64,000 nt of DNA from Candidatus Parcubacteria bacterium (GCA_039795775.1 JBDKLC010000004.1:21982-85981); one strand, 5' to 3'; shown: positions 38,237-49,397, counted from the stretch's first letter. Numbers and translations: made by a program. The notes: generated by a model not told the origin, from the sequence alone.

Positions 38237-39070
38237 ATGGAAAAAATAAAAAACTTTTTGGTAAAAATAGTTAAGTTCGTATGGGAGTATGTAAGAAAAT
38301 TTTTAGCGTATCTATACAGTGGCCTACATAATTCAGTAATTATTTCTGTGTGTATAGCGAGTTTCTTTGTTGCACTTTCTGCGGGCATCTTAGCATCAGG
38401 AATAGAAAACATCATGTCGACTTCCGCGACTGTGTCTGTGAAGGGAACTATGAGCACAAATGTCACATCTGATACTGGTGTTTACTCTGTGACTCTAGAA
38501 ATGACAGGGTTAAAAGAAGATCGTAAAAATCTCTACAAACAGTTTGATACTGAAACTGATCGATTTCTTAAGTTTTTGGCTGATAGAGGTGTAAATGATA
38601 GTGACATCACAAGTATAAAAAAAGGACTAGTTGATGAGGAGGTAATAGAGGAATATTCTCAGTATAATAACGATGGGAAACTGGTAAAATTTAATCCAGC
38701 AAAATCAACATTAACAAGAAATATTAGAGTGGATTCATCTGATGTCTATCTCATAAAAAAGCTAGCTGACAGCAGATTAGACCTTGTTAATGAAGAATTT
38801 GAGCTTACAGGAAACCCTACTGTTGCATATACATACTCAAAGTTAGCTGATATTCGAAAAGACTTACTCAAGGACGCTACAAGAGACGCACAAGAAAGAG
38901 TTGAGTCAATTGCTTCAAATACAGGCCAAACTGTAGGTAAAATTTCAGATATTGATTCAGGCTCTATTTCTGTGTATGCAGAGGGAGATGAAGATGGTAA
39001 CTCTTACGATACGGAATCAATAAACAAAACAGTTGTTGTAACAGTGCGGGCTACATTTATCTTGTACTAG
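38237..39070 (+). CDS. Hypothetical membrane-anchored protein, possibly SIMPL/DUF541-like
   Basis: ORF 38171-39070; N-terminal TM, then beta-rich region; similarity to SIMPL family is by recollection of general architecture only. Confidence 0.35.
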   Translation: MEKIKNFLVKIVKFVWEYVRKFLAYLYSGLHNSVIISVCIASFFVALSAGILASGIENIMSTSATVSVKGTMSTNVTSDTGVYSVTLEMTGLKEDRKNLYKQFDTETDRFLKFLADRGVNDSDITSIKKGLVDEEVIEEYSQYNNDGKLVKFNPAKSTLTRNIRVDSSDVYLIKKLADSRLDLVNEEFELTGNPTVAYTYSKLADIRKDLLKDATRDAQERVESIASNTGQTVGKISDIDSGSISVYAEGDEDGNSYDTESINKTVVVTVRATFILY

Positions 39071-39233
39071 TAGAGTAAGTATTGAGTCGGTAATAATCAG
39101 TAGGAGGGTTAAGACTCTAATTGCAAAAAGCCCCAATTAATGCTATTTTATCCCCACGACTTAGGGCTTTTTGTATTCTCTATAGTCGGTGCTTAAACCA
39201 TTAGAAATTAAATTTAATTAGCTAGTTTATTTT

Positions 39234-41378
39234 ATGAACAGAGACTATCCACTCGAGCGAGTACGAAACTTCGGTATTATCGCTCACATTGACGCTGGTA
39301 AAACAACTACGTCAGAACGAATTCTTTATTACACAGGTATGAGTCACAAGATCGGTGAAGTTCACGAAGGTGAAGCCACAACCGACTGGATGGAACAAGA
39401 AAAAGAACGAGGTATTACAATTACCGCGGCTGCTATCACATGTTTTTGGAATCCATCATACATGGGAGCAGATCTCTCTAAAAAGCACCGATTCAACATT
39501 ATCGACACACCAGGACACGTAGACTTCACAGTAGAAGTAGAACGATCTCTCAAAGTTCTCGACGGAGGAGTAGTAGTATTCGACGGAGTAGCGGGTGTAG
39601 AACCACAGTCAGAAACAGTATGGCGACAGGCTGACAAGTATAACGTTCCACGAGTTTGTTTCATTAACAAGCTTGACCGAACTGGTGGTTCATTTGAACG
39701 ATCTTACGCATCTATCCTCGAACGACTCAACAAAAACGCAGTACGAATGCAGCTCCCAATCGGATCTGAAGGTGATTTCGAAGCGGTTGTTGATCTTCTC
39801 AAAATGAAAGCATATTACTTCGAAGGTGATATGGGTATTGATGTAGTAGAAAAAGAAATTCCAGAAAACATGGTTGCTGATGCAACTAAGTACCGAGCTG
39901 AACTCGTTGAAAAAATCGTTGAATTCGATGAAACAATGATGAATGCATATCTCGAAGGTAAAACAGATTTCACAATCGACGAACTCAAAGCAACTTTGCG
40001 AAAGGGAGTTATTGCGAACAAGATCTTCCCAGTATTCACAGGTTCTGCTCTCAAGAACAAAGGAACACAGCTCGTACTCGACGCTGTAGTAGATTATCTT
40101 CCATCTCCACTCGATGTACCTCCAGTTCACGGTATTGATCCAAACACAGGAGATACAATTGAACGAAAGGCTTCTGATTCAGAACCATTCGCTGCTCTTG
40201 CTTTCAAACTTCAGACAGACCCATTCGTAGGTCAGCTTACCTTCTTCCGAGTGTACTCTGGTACAGTAGAATCAGGTTCATACCTCTACAACTCAACAAC
40301 AGGTCAGAAAGAACGACTTGGACGAATCGTACGACTTCAGGCAAACAAGCGAGAAGAAGTGAAGAAAGTATACGCCGGAGAAATTGCTGCAGCCGTAGGC
40401 CTTAAGGATGCAAAAACATCTCACACATTCTGTGATGAAAATGCACCAATCATTCTCGATCCAATTAAATTTGCTGAACCAGTAGTATCTTTGAAAATTG
40501 AACCAAAGACAAAAGCTGATCAGGAAAAAATGGGTACAGCTCTTAAGAAGCTTGGGGATGAAGATCCAACATTCCGAATCTCTTCAAACGCAGAAACAGG
40601 TGAAACTATTATTTCAGGTATGGGAGAACTCCACCTCGAAATTATGATTGACCGAATGAAACGAGAATTCGGTGTTGAAGCAAACGTTGGTAAACCACAG
40701 GTAGCATACCGAGAAACTATCCTCGGAGAAGCAGAAGAAGAACACAAGTACATCAAGCAGTCTGGAGGTAAAGGTCAATACGGTCACGTACGACTTATCA
40801 TCAAGAAGCTTCAGCCCCTTGAAGAAGGAAAGAAACTTCCTAAGAACGTACACCGAGAAGATGGATTTGAATTCATCGACTCTATCAAGGGAGGTGTTAT
40901 TCCAGTTGAATTCATCCCAGCAGTAGAAAAGGGTGTGAAGGAAGCTATGGAACGAGGTATCGTTGCGGGATTCCCAATGGTAGACGTTTCTTGTGAACTT
41001 ACATTCGGTTCTTACCACGATGTAGACTCATCTGAAATTGCGTACAAGATTGCTGCGTCACAGGCATTCCAGGCAGCTGCCAAGAAAGCTCGACCAGTAA
41101 TTCTCGAACCAATCATGAAAGTAGAATGTGTTATGCCAGAACAATTCATGGGAGACGTAACAGGTTCTCTTTCATCTAAGCGAGGTCAGATCGAAGGTAT
41201 GGAAGAACGAGGTTTGAACCGAGTTCTTAAAGCAAAAGTACCTCTATCAGAAATGTTCGGTTATACAACTGATATCCGATCTATGACTCAGGGACGAGGT
41301 TCTGCAACTATGGAATTCGATCACTACGATGTAGTACCACCAAACGTTGAAAAGGCGATTGTTGATGCTCGAAAATAA
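39234..41378 (+). CDS. fusA: Elongation factor G
   Basis: 714 aa; [10 protein letters not shown]1 motif, DTPGHVDF, full five-domain length; strong hairpin terminator 41430-41463. Confidence 0.95.
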   Translation: MNRDYPLERVRNFGIIAHIDAGKTTTSERILYYTGMSHKIGEVHEGEATTDWMEQEKERGITITAAAITCFWNPSYMGADLSKKHRFNIIDTPGHVDFTVEVERSLKVLDGGVVVFDGVAGVEPQSETVWRQADKYNVPRVCFINKLDRTGGSFERSYASILERLNKNAVRMQLPIGSEGDFEAVVDLLKMKAYYFEGDMGIDVVEKEIPENMVADATKYRAELVEKIVEFDETMMNAYLEGKTDFTIDELKATLRKGVIANKIFPVFTGSALKNKGTQLVLDAVVDYLPSPLDVPPVHGIDPNTGDTIERKASDSEPFAALAFKLQTDPFVGQLTFFRVYSGTVESGSYLYNSTTGQKERLGRIVRLQANKREEVKKVYAGEIAAAVGLKDAKTSHTFCDENAPIILDPIKFAEPVVSLKIEPKTKADQEKMGTALKKLGDEDPTFRISSNAETGETIISGMGELHLEIMIDRMKREFGVEANVGKPQVAYRETILGEAEEEHKYIKQSGGKGQYGHVRLIIKKLQPLEEGKKLPKNVHREDGFEFIDSIKGGVIPVEFIPAVEKGVKEAMERGIVAGFPMVDVSCELTFGSYHDVDSSEIAYKIAASQAFQAAAKKARPVILEPIMKVECVMPEQFMGDVTGSLSSKRGQIEGMEERGLNRVLKAKVPLSEMFGYTTDIRSMTQGRGSATMEFDHYDVVPPNVEKAIVDARK

Positions 41379-41664
41379 TTCACTCTGAATTAATTCAATA
41401 TAGAACCAAAAGATACAATAATGAAACAAAAAACTCCCCGCATGCGGGGAGTTTTTTGTTTAGCCTGCATTTATGGGCGATATTTCGGCTTGATAGGGAC
41501 AAAGATTGAGGGTAAACTCTCTTTTTTATCTTATTTTACGAAAATAGGCCTATATTGAGCCATTTCATTGCTTTTTGTCCGGCTATGGGAGGGCCTATCG
41601 CAAGTGAACAGGGGAACCCCTTCTATAAGACAAATATAGGTCTAGGAATAAGGCTATCTGCGTG

Positions 41665-41692
41665 TTGACATTCCCTATGTTTTTGATACTAT
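41665..41692 (+). promoter_or_regulatory. Sigma-70-type promoter TTGACA-16-TGaTACTAT upstream of tuf
   Basis: Consensus -35, 16-nt spacer, extended -10; about 235 nt upstream of tuf ATG. Confidence 0.5.
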
Positions 41693-41926
41693 CACCTGTA
41701 CGCGTTCTTAAACGCTTTTTTAGTCTGGCATCTTACAGGTTGTTTGATTACTTGCAGGCACAATACATACAAGTGTGAACTTGTACCAATCTCAAACTGC
41801 ATTTCATAAACCTTCTTGTAAGCACTACCGACGAATTTATTAAAAAATAATTAATATTAACGGTTAGTTACTAGCTATTGGCACACTCGCGCGTCAATAA
41901 CTGGTGATTAACCGTCGCACAAATAT

Positions 41927-43120
41927 ATGGCAGATGCTTTCGATCGATCAAAGCCACACGTAAACGTGGGCACAATTGGTCACGTTGACCACGGAAAGAC
42001 AACTCTTACAGCGGCAATTCTTAACACATTGTCACGAGCTGGTATGCAGGCAACAGTTAAAGATGTAAGTGATATTGACAAGGCTCCAGAAGAAAAGGCC
42101 CGAGGTATTACAATCTCACTCTCACACAGTGAATATTCATCTGCAACACGACACTACGCTCACGTAGACGCCCCAGGTCACGCTGACTACATCAAGAACA
42201 TGATTACTGGTGCAGCTCAGATGGACGGTGCTATCCTCGTAGTAGCAGCTACAGACGGTGCAATGCCACAGACACGAGAACACGTTCTCTTGGCTAAGCA
42301 GGTAGGTGTACCAAAGCTCGTAGTATTCCTCAACAAGTGCGATATGGTTCCAGATGCGGATCTTATCGACCTCGTAGAAGCTGAAATCCGAGAACTCCTT
42401 ACAAAGAACGGATTCGATGGAGACAATGCTCCAGTTATCCGAGGTTCTGCTCTTAAGGCGCTCGAAGACGAATCAGGAAAGGGTGAATGGTCTACAAAGG
42501 TTCTTGACCTTGTAAACGCACTCGATACTTACATCCCAGTTCCAGTTCGAGAAACTGACAAACCATTCCTTATGCCTCTTGAAGACATCTTCTCTATCGA
42601 AGGACGAGGAACAGTAGTAACAGGACGAATTGAACGAGGTATCGTAAAGGTTGGTGAAGAAGTTGAAATCGTTGGTCTCAAAGATACAGCGAAGACAACA
42701 GTTACAGGTATCGAAATGTTCAACAAGCAGTTGAACGAAGGTATGGCTGGAGACAACGCTGGTATCCTTCTCCGAGGTGTTAAGAAAGAAGATCTTACAC
42801 GAGGACAGGTTATCGCTAAACCAGGAACAGTTATCCCTCACACAGAATTCGAAGCTGAAGTGTACATTCTTAAGAAGGAAGAAGGCGGTCGACACACTCC
42901 ATTCTTTACAGGTTATAAGCCACAGTTCTACGTACGAACTACAGACGTTACTGGAGAAGTAACTCTCAAGGAAGGTGTAGAAATGGTTATGCCTGGTGAC
43001 ACAGTTACATTCTTCGTGAAGCTTGTAGCTCCTATTGCCCTTGAAGATCAGCAGCGATTTGCGATCCGAGAAGGTGGTAAGACTGTAGGTGCCGGTGTAG
43101 TAACAAAGATCACAAAATAG
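41927..43120 (+). CDS. tuf: Elongation factor Tu
   Basis: 397 aa; [26 protein letters not shown] motifs. Confidence 0.95.
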   Translation: MADAFDRSKPHVNVGTIGHVDHGKTTLTAAILNTLSRAGMQATVKDVSDIDKAPEEKARGITISLSHSEYSSATRHYAHVDAPGHADYIKNMITGAAQMDGAILVVAATDGAMPQTREHVLLAKQVGVPKLVVFLNKCDMVPDADLIDLVEAEIRELLTKNGFDGDNAPVIRGSALKALEDESGKGEWSTKVLDLVNALDTYIPVPVRETDKPFLMPLEDIFSIEGRGTVVTGRIERGIVKVGEEVEIVGLKDTAKTTVTGIEMFNKQLNEGMAGDNAGILLRGVKKEDLTRGQVIAKPGTVIPHTEFEAEVYILKKEEGGRHTPFFTGYKPQFYVRTTDVTGEVTLKEGVEMVMPGDTVTFFVKLVAPIALEDQQRFAIREGGKTVGAGVVTKITK

Positions 43121-43202
43121 CTCGTAGAGAGTAGTGAGTAGCTGTAGCCAAGCTTTCGAGCTTGGTTATAAGCTACTCGTTACTAGCTACCTGCCTACTT
43201 AT

Positions 43203-43556
43203 ATGGCAACAAAAGAAGTAAAAAAGAAAACAGGTTCAAAAGAAGAAGTTACATCAAAGCTTAGAATCCGAGTTCGTGCATACGAATCAAAGATTCTCGA
43301 CGCTTCTGTAAAACAGATCATGGATACTGCTCTTCGATTCGATGCGCAGGTTCTTGGTCCAGTACCTCTTCCAACTGAAATCAAAAAGTTCACAGTAAAC
43401 CGTGCTTCATTCGTGTACAAAAATGCGCGAGAACAGTTTGAAATGCGAGTTCACAAGCGACTTCTTGATATCATCAATCCTTCAGCGAAGGTGATTGAAT
43501 CTCTCACAAACCTAAGTCTTCCATCTGGTGTCAACATCGATGTGAAGATGATGTAG
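43203..43556 (+). CDS. rpsJ: 30S ribosomal protein S10
   Basis: LRIRVRAYESKILDASVKQIMDTA core; start at internal Met of ORF 43134-43556. Confidence 0.9.
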   Translation: MATKEVKKKTGSKEEVTSKLRIRVRAYESKILDASVKQIMDTALRFDAQVLGPVPLPTEIKKFTVNRASFVYKNAREQFEMRVHKRLLDIINPSAKVIESLTNLSLPSGVNIDVKMM

Positions 43557-43578
43557 TAGTCCGAATATCCCTATTATC

Positions 43579-44178
43579 ATGAAATTTATCCTTGGAACAA
43601 AACAGCAGATGACACAAGTCTTCGATGAAGACGGTCGTGTTCATCCTGTAACAGTCCTCAAAACTGGCCCAGTCACAGTCACACAGGTGAAGACAACAGC
43701 AAAGGACGGTTACGAAGCTATCCAAATTGGCTTTGGAGAAAAGAAAGCAAAGAATATCAACAAGGCTCAGAAGGGTCACATGAAAGATCTCGGTAATTTC
43801 CAGTATCTTAAAGAAGTAAAAGGAGTGAATGCTCCTGCTGTAGGTGAAAAGATTGATGCGACTCTCGCAGCTGGCGACAAAGTTACAGTAACTGCCATCT
43901 CTAAATCAAAGGGCTTTCAGGGTGTAGTAAAGCGACATGGCTTTGCCGGTGGTCCACGATCACACGGTCAGAAACACTCAGAACGAGAACCAGGTTCTAT
44001 TGGTGCCGGTGGTAACCAGCGAGTATTCAAAGGCCGACGAATGGCTGGCCGAATGGGTGGTGATCAAATAACAGTAAAGAATCTCATTGTCGTTGCATAC
44101 GACAAAGAAAATGGAGAACTCTTCGTACGAGGAGCTATTCCAGGTCGACGAGGTACTTTAGTAGAAGTACGAGGCTAA
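43579..44178 (+). CDS. rplC: 50S ribosomal protein L3
   Basis: 199 aa; GKGFQGVVKRHGFAGG. Confidence 0.9.
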   Translation: MKFILGTKQQMTQVFDEDGRVHPVTVLKTGPVTVTQVKTTAKDGYEAIQIGFGEKKAKNINKAQKGHMKDLGNFQYLKEVKGVNAPAVGEKIDATLAAGDKVTVTAISKSKGFQGVVKRHGFAGGPRSHGQKHSEREPGSIGAGGNQRVFKGRRMAGRMGGDQITVKNLIVVAYDKENGELFVRGAIPGRRGTLVEVRG

Positions 44179-44188
44179 TTCAACTTAT

Positions 44189-44938
44189 ATGGCAAAGACA
44201 ACAAAAACGTCAGCTACAAAAGCTGTAAAAGAACCAAAAGCAAAGAAAGCAGCAAAAACTGTTTCTCTTGAAGCTCAGGTAGTAACACAAGAAGGAAAGA
44301 GTGCTGGAACAGTGAATCTTCCTGAATCAGTATTCGGTCTTCCTTGGAACGCCGACCTTGTTCATCAGGTGGTAACATCTATGCGAACAGACGCACGAGA
44401 ACCTATTGCTCACACAAAGACACGAGGTGAAGTGCGAGGAGGTGGAAAGAAGCCTTGGAAACAAAAAGGTACAGGCCGAGCACGACACGGATCTACTCGA
44501 TCTCCGATCTGGGTAGGTGGAGGTGTTGCTCATGGTCCACGAAATGACAAGAACTTTGATCGAAAGGTAAACAAAAAGATGAAAGCGAAAGCTCTCTTCA
44601 CTATTCTTTCTCGAAAACATCGAGATGGAGAAGTTCTCTTTGTTAAAACTCTTTCACTCGAAGCTCCAAAAGCAAAAGAAGCGCGAGAAGTGTTCACAAA
44701 GCTTGGATCTGTAAAAGGATTTGAACTTATGGGTGCACGACGAAACAATGCAGCTCTCATTGCTGTTGCGAGTCTTGATCAGAACGTAAAGCGAGGATTT
44801 AGTAACTTCGGAAATCTTGAAGTAAGTGAAATCCGAAATATTAACCCGCTTTCTGTACTCAAATACAAGTATCTCGTGATCTCATCACCTGAAGAGGCAT
44901 TCACATCATTGACAGCTAAGATGGAAAAATCTAACTAA
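44189..44938 (+). CDS. rplD: 50S ribosomal protein L4 (Lys/Ala-rich N-terminal extension)
   Basis: 249 aa; GGGKKPWKQKGTGRARHGS. Confidence 0.9.
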   Translation: MAKTTKTSATKAVKEPKAKKAAKTVSLEAQVVTQEGKSAGTVNLPESVFGLPWNADLVHQVVTSMRTDAREPIAHTKTRGEVRGGGKKPWKQKGTGRARHGSTRSPIWVGGGVAHGPRNDKNFDRKVNKKMKAKALFTILSRKHRDGEVLFVKTLSLEAPKAKEAREVFTKLGSVKGFELMGARRNNAALIAVASLDQNVKRGFSNFGNLEVSEIRNINPLSVLKYKYLVISSPEEAFTSLTAKMEKSN

Positions 44939-44944
44939 ACTACT

Positions 44945-45241
44945 ATGTCAAAAATCTCAACACAGAAGCATAGTAATGCTGTCATTAAGAATCCTCGAAT
45001 CACAGAAAAGGCGACTGTTTCTGCAGAAAAGAACCAGTTCGTATTTGAAGTGTCACCAGAAGCCACAAAAGCTTCAGTAGCAGCTGCTGTGAAGCAACTC
45101 TACAAGGTTACACCTGTGAAAGTAAATATCGTCCGATTGCCTGCAAAGAAGGTGTTCGTTCGAGGTCGAGCAGGAACAAAAAGTGCAATCAAGAAAGCAT
45201 ATGTTTTCCTCAAAAAGGGAGACAAGATTGAACTTGCTTAA
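44945..45241 (+). CDS. rplW: 50S ribosomal protein L23
   Basis: 98 aa. Confidence 0.85.
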   Translation: MSKISTQKHSNAVIKNPRITEKATVSAEKNQFVFEVSPEATKASVAAAVKQLYKVTPVKVNIVRLPAKKVFVRGRAGTKSAIKKAYVFLKKGDKIELA

Positions 45242-45255
45242 GTAAATCCACTACC

Positions 45256-46098
45256 ATGAAACGATATAAACCAACATCAAAATCACGGCGAAATATGGTT
45301 ACCATCTCTTACCGAGATGTCCTTACAACAGGAACACCATTCAAGGGCCTTACTAAAGGTTTCAAACGATCAGTAGGACGAAACAACACAGGACGAATCA
45401 CTACTCGACACAAAGGTGCAGGTAACAAACGTGTATATCGAGACATCGACTTCACTTATGATAAGAAAGATATTCCAGCTAAGGTTCTTACTGTAGAGTA
45501 CGATCCAAACCGAACTGGATTTATTTCTCTTCTCTCATATGCTGACGGTGCAAAGCGATATATTCTTTCTCCAAAGTCTGTAAAAGTAGGAGACACACTT
45601 CTCGTAGGTGAAAAAGCAGAGGTAAAACCAGGTAACCGACTCCCTCTTGCGAATATTCCAGTAGGTACATTTGTGTACAACATCGAAATTCGACCAGAAG
45701 GCGGCGCAAAGCTCGTTCGAGCTGCTGGTAACTTCGCTGAAGTAATTGGTCACGACGAAGGCTACACACAGATCAAGATGCCATCTTCAGAGGTTCGAAA
45801 GATTCTCGAAACAGCATGGGCATCTATCGGTGAAGTATCTAACGAAGAAAACCGACTTCAAAAGTACGGTAAAGCTGGACGATCTCGATGGAAGGGTATC
45901 CGACCAACAGTTCGAGGTACAGCCATGAACCCAGTAGACCATCCACACGGAGGAGGTGAAGGACGACAGGGCCGAGGACGACGACGAGCCATTTCTATCT
46001 ATGGAAAGCCAACAGGAAAGGGTCAGAAGTCTCGAAAGCCAAAGAAATACTCATCTCGACTTATCGTCTCTCGACGAAAAGTTGGAAAGAAGAGATAA
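45256..46098 (+). CDS. rplB: 50S ribosomal protein L2
   Basis: 280 aa; RHKGAGNKRVYR, NPVDHPHGGGEG. Confidence 0.95.
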   Translation: MKRYKPTSKSRRNMVTISYRDVLTTGTPFKGLTKGFKRSVGRNNTGRITTRHKGAGNKRVYRDIDFTYDKKDIPAKVLTVEYDPNRTGFISLLSYADGAKRYILSPKSVKVGDTLLVGEKAEVKPGNRLPLANIPVGTFVYNIEIRPEGGAKLVRAAGNFAEVIGHDEGYTQIKMPSSEVRKILETAWASIGEVSNEENRLQKYGKAGRSRWKGIRPTVRGTAMNPVDHPHGGGEGRQGRGRRRAISIYGKPTGKGQKSRKPKKYSSRLIVSRRKVGKKR

Positions 46099-46244
46099 AT
46101 TACAACACAGAACGACCATTGGGTCTCTGTGTCTGCAGATAAACGTCTTCAGACACAGGGAACTAAAAGTCAAATATTTGACTAACTTTTGTTTTCTGGT
46201 AGGATAGCTTCACAAGCTCCAGGTGAGCTTTTTGTTTACTAAAA

Positions 46245-46589
46245 ATGACACGATCACTAAAAAAAGGCCCATACGTTGAAGAAAAACTCTTGAAAAAGAT
46301 CGAAGGCAAAAACCCTCGAGAAACAGGGGTTATTAAGACTTGGGCACGACGAAGTCAGATTTCACCAGAAATGGTTGGATTCATCTTCGGCGTACACAAT
46401 GGCAAGAACCATATTGAAGTTCTTGTTTCAGAAGAAATGGTAGGTCACCGATTGGGCGAATTCTCTCCAACACGTAAGTTCAACCGACACGGAGGAAAGA
46501 TGCAGAAGGAACTCGATCAGGCTAAGAAGGATGCTGAAATTGCAGCAGCTAAATCAGCCAAGGCCGCCACAACTACAGAAAAGAAATAA
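46245..46589 (+). CDS. rpsS: 30S ribosomal protein S19 (with ~25-aa Lys/Ala-rich C-terminal tail)
   Basis: 114 aa; [11 protein letters not shown]...[10 protein letters not shown]. Confidence 0.9.
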   Translation: MTRSLKKGPYVEEKLLKKIEGKNPRETGVIKTWARRSQISPEMVGFIFGVHNGKNHIEVLVSEEMVGHRLGEFSPTRKFNRHGGKMQKELDQAKKDAEIAAAKSAKAATTTEKK

Positions 46590-46608
46590 TTTACTATAAT
46601 TTACTCAC

Positions 46609-46986
46609 ATGAAAGCCGCACTTAATAATTACCGACAATCACCACGAAAAGTTGCTCTCGTTGCAGGGCTTATTCGAGGTAAGACAGCGGCTGAAGCTCT
46701 CCGATCTCTTCAGTTCACAGTAAAACGTGCATCTGATCCAGTTCTTAAGCTTCTCGAAAGTGCAATTGCAAACGCGCGAAACGCTGGTATTTCTGACGTT
46801 GAATCTCTCATCGTAAAAGAAATCCAGGTAAATAAGGGCGTAACATTGAAGCGAATCATGCCACGAGCACGAGGTTCAGCTTCACGAATTAACAAACGAT
46901 CAAGTCACGTAACAATCATTCTTGCAGAAGCCGCTCCAAAGGTTTCTCTTAAGAAACCTAAAGCAGCTAAAAAAGCTACAAAATAA
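46609..46986 (+). CDS. rplV: 50S ribosomal protein L22
   Basis: 125 aa. Confidence 0.9.
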   Translation: MKAALNNYRQSPRKVALVAGLIRGKTAAEALRSLQFTVKRASDPVLKLLESAIANARNAGISDVESLIVKEIQVNKGVTLKRIMPRARGSASRINKRSSHVTIILAEAAPKVSLKKPKAAKKATK

Positions 46987-46994
46987 GCAAATAT

Positions 46995-47720
46995 ATGACA
47001 CACCAGGTTCACCCATTTTCACATAGACTCGGCATCATCAAAGATTGGAAATCTCGATGGTTCTCTATGCATTCAAAGTTCCGAGTGAACTTGAAGGGTG
47101 ATATTTTGCTTCGAGAATATCTCGAAAAGAAACTCCGAGGTCAGTATGTTGCTGATATCGAAATCGAACGAAATGAAAAAGCTCTTCGAGTAATTCTCAA
47201 GACTTCTCGACCTGGTATGGTTATTGGCCGAAACGGCGAAGGTGCTGTTAAGCTCAAGAATGATATTCAGGCTTTCATTTCAAAGATTAACCGAGATACA
47301 GCAGTACAGCTCGGCTACAAATATTCTAAGGATTCTGAAACTCTCAAGAACAAAATTGCTGAACTTAAAACAGACATCAAAGTTGATATTGAAGAAGTTA
47401 AGTCTCCAGAAGCTAGTGCGGCTATCGTAGCTCACATGATTGCGGAAGGTCTCGAAAAACGAATGCCTTTCCGACGAGTTATGAAGCAGATGATTGATAA
47501 AGTTATGGCTAACCGAGAAGTAAAGGGAGTGCGAATCTTCCTTGCCGGACGACTCGGAGGCGCAGAAATGGCACGACGTGAGGAACTCAAGAAGGGTCGA
47601 ATTCCTCTCCAGACCTTTAGAGCAGATATTGATTTCGTTCGATATAAGGCACATCTTCCATACGGAGATATCGGTATAAAGGTTTGGATCTATAAGGGCG
47701 ATATCTTTGCTAAAAAATAA
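46995..47720 (+). CDS. rpsC: 30S ribosomal protein S3
   Basis: 241 aa; KH and S3-C domains. Confidence 0.9.
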   Translation: MTHQVHPFSHRLGIIKDWKSRWFSMHSKFRVNLKGDILLREYLEKKLRGQYVADIEIERNEKALRVILKTSRPGMVIGRNGEGAVKLKNDIQAFISKINRDTAVQLGYKYSKDSETLKNKIAELKTDIKVDIEEVKSPEASAAIVAHMIAEGLEKRMPFRRVMKQMIDKVMANREVKGVRIFLAGRLGGAEMARREELKKGRIPLQTFRADIDFVRYKAHLPYGDIGIKVWIYKGDIFAKK

Positions 47721-47744
47721 TAGCAAGGCATTAATTCAACTACC

Positions 47745-48167
47745 ATGTTAACTCCAAAGAAAGTAAAACACCGAAAATGGCAAACTAAGCGAATCAACCC
47801 GAATCGAATCGGTGTTGAGTCACGAGGTATTAACCTTGACTTCGGATCATTCGGAATCAAGTCACAGACAGCTGCTCGAATCACTTCAAACCAGATTGAA
47901 TCTGCTCGAAAAGTTATTTCACGAGAAATCGGTAAAACAGGCCGAATCTGGATTCGAATTTTCCCTGATCGACCTGTAACACAGAAGGCTCCTGAACTTC
48001 CGATGGGTAAGGGTAAGGGTGATCCTGATCACTTCTGTGCTGAAGTTAAGCCAGGACGAATCATTTTCGAAATTGATGGAGTTACTGAAGCTATCGCTAA
48101 AGAAGCCCTTCGAAAGGCTGGAACAAAACTTCCAGTTAAGACTAAGATGGTTGCACGAGACCACTAA
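47745..48167 (+). CDS. rplP: 50S ribosomal protein L16
   Basis: 140 aa; MLTPKKVKHRK. Confidence 0.9.
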   Translation: MLTPKKVKHRKWQTKRINPNRIGVESRGINLDFGSFGIKSQTAARITSNQIESARKVISREIGKTGRIWIRIFPDRPVTQKAPELPMGKGKGDPDHFCAEVKPGRIIFEIDGVTEAIAKEALRKAGTKLPVKTKMVARDH

Positions 48168-48185
48168 TTACGTAGTATTAAATAT

Positions 48186-48395
48186 ATGACAGATTTTAAA
48201 GGAAAAAACAAAAAGGACTTGGTAAAGACACTCATTGAAAAACGAGATGCTCTTCAGAGTTTCCGATTTAATATTGCAGGTGCTCGAACAAAGAATGTTA
48301 AAGAAGGCCGATCAATCCGAAAGGACATTGCTCGAATCGAAACAGAATTGACTTCTATTGCTAAGGCAGAATCTGCTGAAGTAAAGAAAGCATAA
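48186..48395 (+). CDS. rpmC: 50S ribosomal protein L29
   Basis: 69 aa. Confidence 0.8.
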   Translation: MTDFKGKNKKDLVKTLIEKRDALQSFRFNIAGARTKNVKEGRSIRKDIARIETELTSIAKAESAEVKKA

Positions 48396-48413
48396 ATTTA
48401 TTAAAAAAAAGTC

Positions 48414-48671
48414 ATGAAAACAGAAACAACAACAACTGCACAATCAAAGAAACGAGTACTCGGAGGAGTTGTCGTTTCTGATAAGATGAAAGATACAATC
48501 GTTGTATTGGTAGAGCGATATGTAAAGCTCCCTAAGTACAACAAATACGTTACTAAGACAAAAAAGTACAAAGCTCACGATGCTGGCAACACAAAGAAAA
48601 TCGGAGAAAAAGTACAGATTGAAGAGTGTCGACCAATCTCAAAGGATAAGCGATTCACTGTCGTTAAATAA
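48414..48671 (+). CDS. rpsQ: 30S ribosomal protein S17
   Basis: 85 aa. Confidence 0.85.
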   Translation: MKTETTTTAQSKKRVLGGVVVSDKMKDTIVVLVERYVKLPKYNKYVTKTKKYKAHDAGNTKKIGEKVQIEECRPISKDKRFTVVK

Positions 48672-48690
48672 TTTTTGTAATTAAACCACC

Positions 48691-49062
48691 ATGCTTCAAC
48701 CACGATCATTAGTTTCAATAGCAGACAACTCAGGCGCTACAATCGGCCGAGTGTTCAAAGTTCTTGGAAGTGCTGCAAAGCGATACGCTCAGATTGGTGA
48801 CGTTGTAGTTTTCTCAGTACAGAAAGCTCAGCCACGAAAAAGTGTAAAGAAGAAAGATGTACTCCAAGGTGTAGTTGTTCGACAGAAGAAAGCTTTCCGA
48901 CGAAAGGACGGGTCATACGTTCGATTTGATGAAAACGCAGTTGTTGTACTCGAAAAGGGTAAGCAAGAACCTCTCGCTGGTCGAATCTTCGGACCGATTC
49001 CTCGAGAACTCTCAGAACTTGGTTATCAGACTATTGCTTCACGAGCTTCAGAAATCGTATAG
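48691..49062 (+). CDS. rplN: 50S ribosomal protein L14
   Basis: 123 aa; MLQPRSLVSIADNSGA. Confidence 0.9.
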   Translation: MLQPRSLVSIADNSGATIGRVFKVLGSAAKRYAQIGDVVVFSVQKAQPRKSVKKKDVLQGVVVRQKKAFRRKDGSYVRFDENAVVVLEKGKQEPLAGRIFGPIPRELSELGYQTIASRASEIV

Positions 49063-49079
49063 CTTCTAATTATAAAGAT

Positions 49080-49379
49080 ATGAAAATCAAGAAAGGAGAC
49101 AATGTAATAATCGTAGCAGGTAAGGACAAAGGTAAAACTGGAAAGGTTCTTATTGCTATGCCTAAAGAAGATAAGGTTCTTGTTGAAGGAATCAACATCA
49201 AGAAGCGACATCAGAAATCTCGAACACAGGGCGGTAAAGGTTCTGTGGTAGAAATTGCAACACCAGTTCACGTTTCAAACGTAATGGTTGCAGTTGAAGG
49301 CAAGCCAGCTCGAGTAGGGAAGAAGCTTGTTGGTGAAAAGTTTGTTCGAATCAATCGAAAAACAGGTAAGACAATATAA
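49080..49379 (+). CDS. rplX: 50S ribosomal protein L24
   Basis: 99 aa; KOW motif. Confidence 0.85.
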   Translation: MKIKKGDNVIIVAGKDKGKTGKVLIAMPKEDKVLVEGINIKKRHQKSRTQGGKGSVVEIATPVHVSNVMVAVEGKPARVGKKLVGEKFVRINRKTGKTI

Positions 49380-49397
49380 CTTTAATTACGTACTATT

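Noticed and set aside
39690-41018. Several 80-146-aa antisense ORFs within fusA
   Set aside because: Inside a highly conserved EF-G CDS; Phe/Cys/Ser-rich nonsense products.
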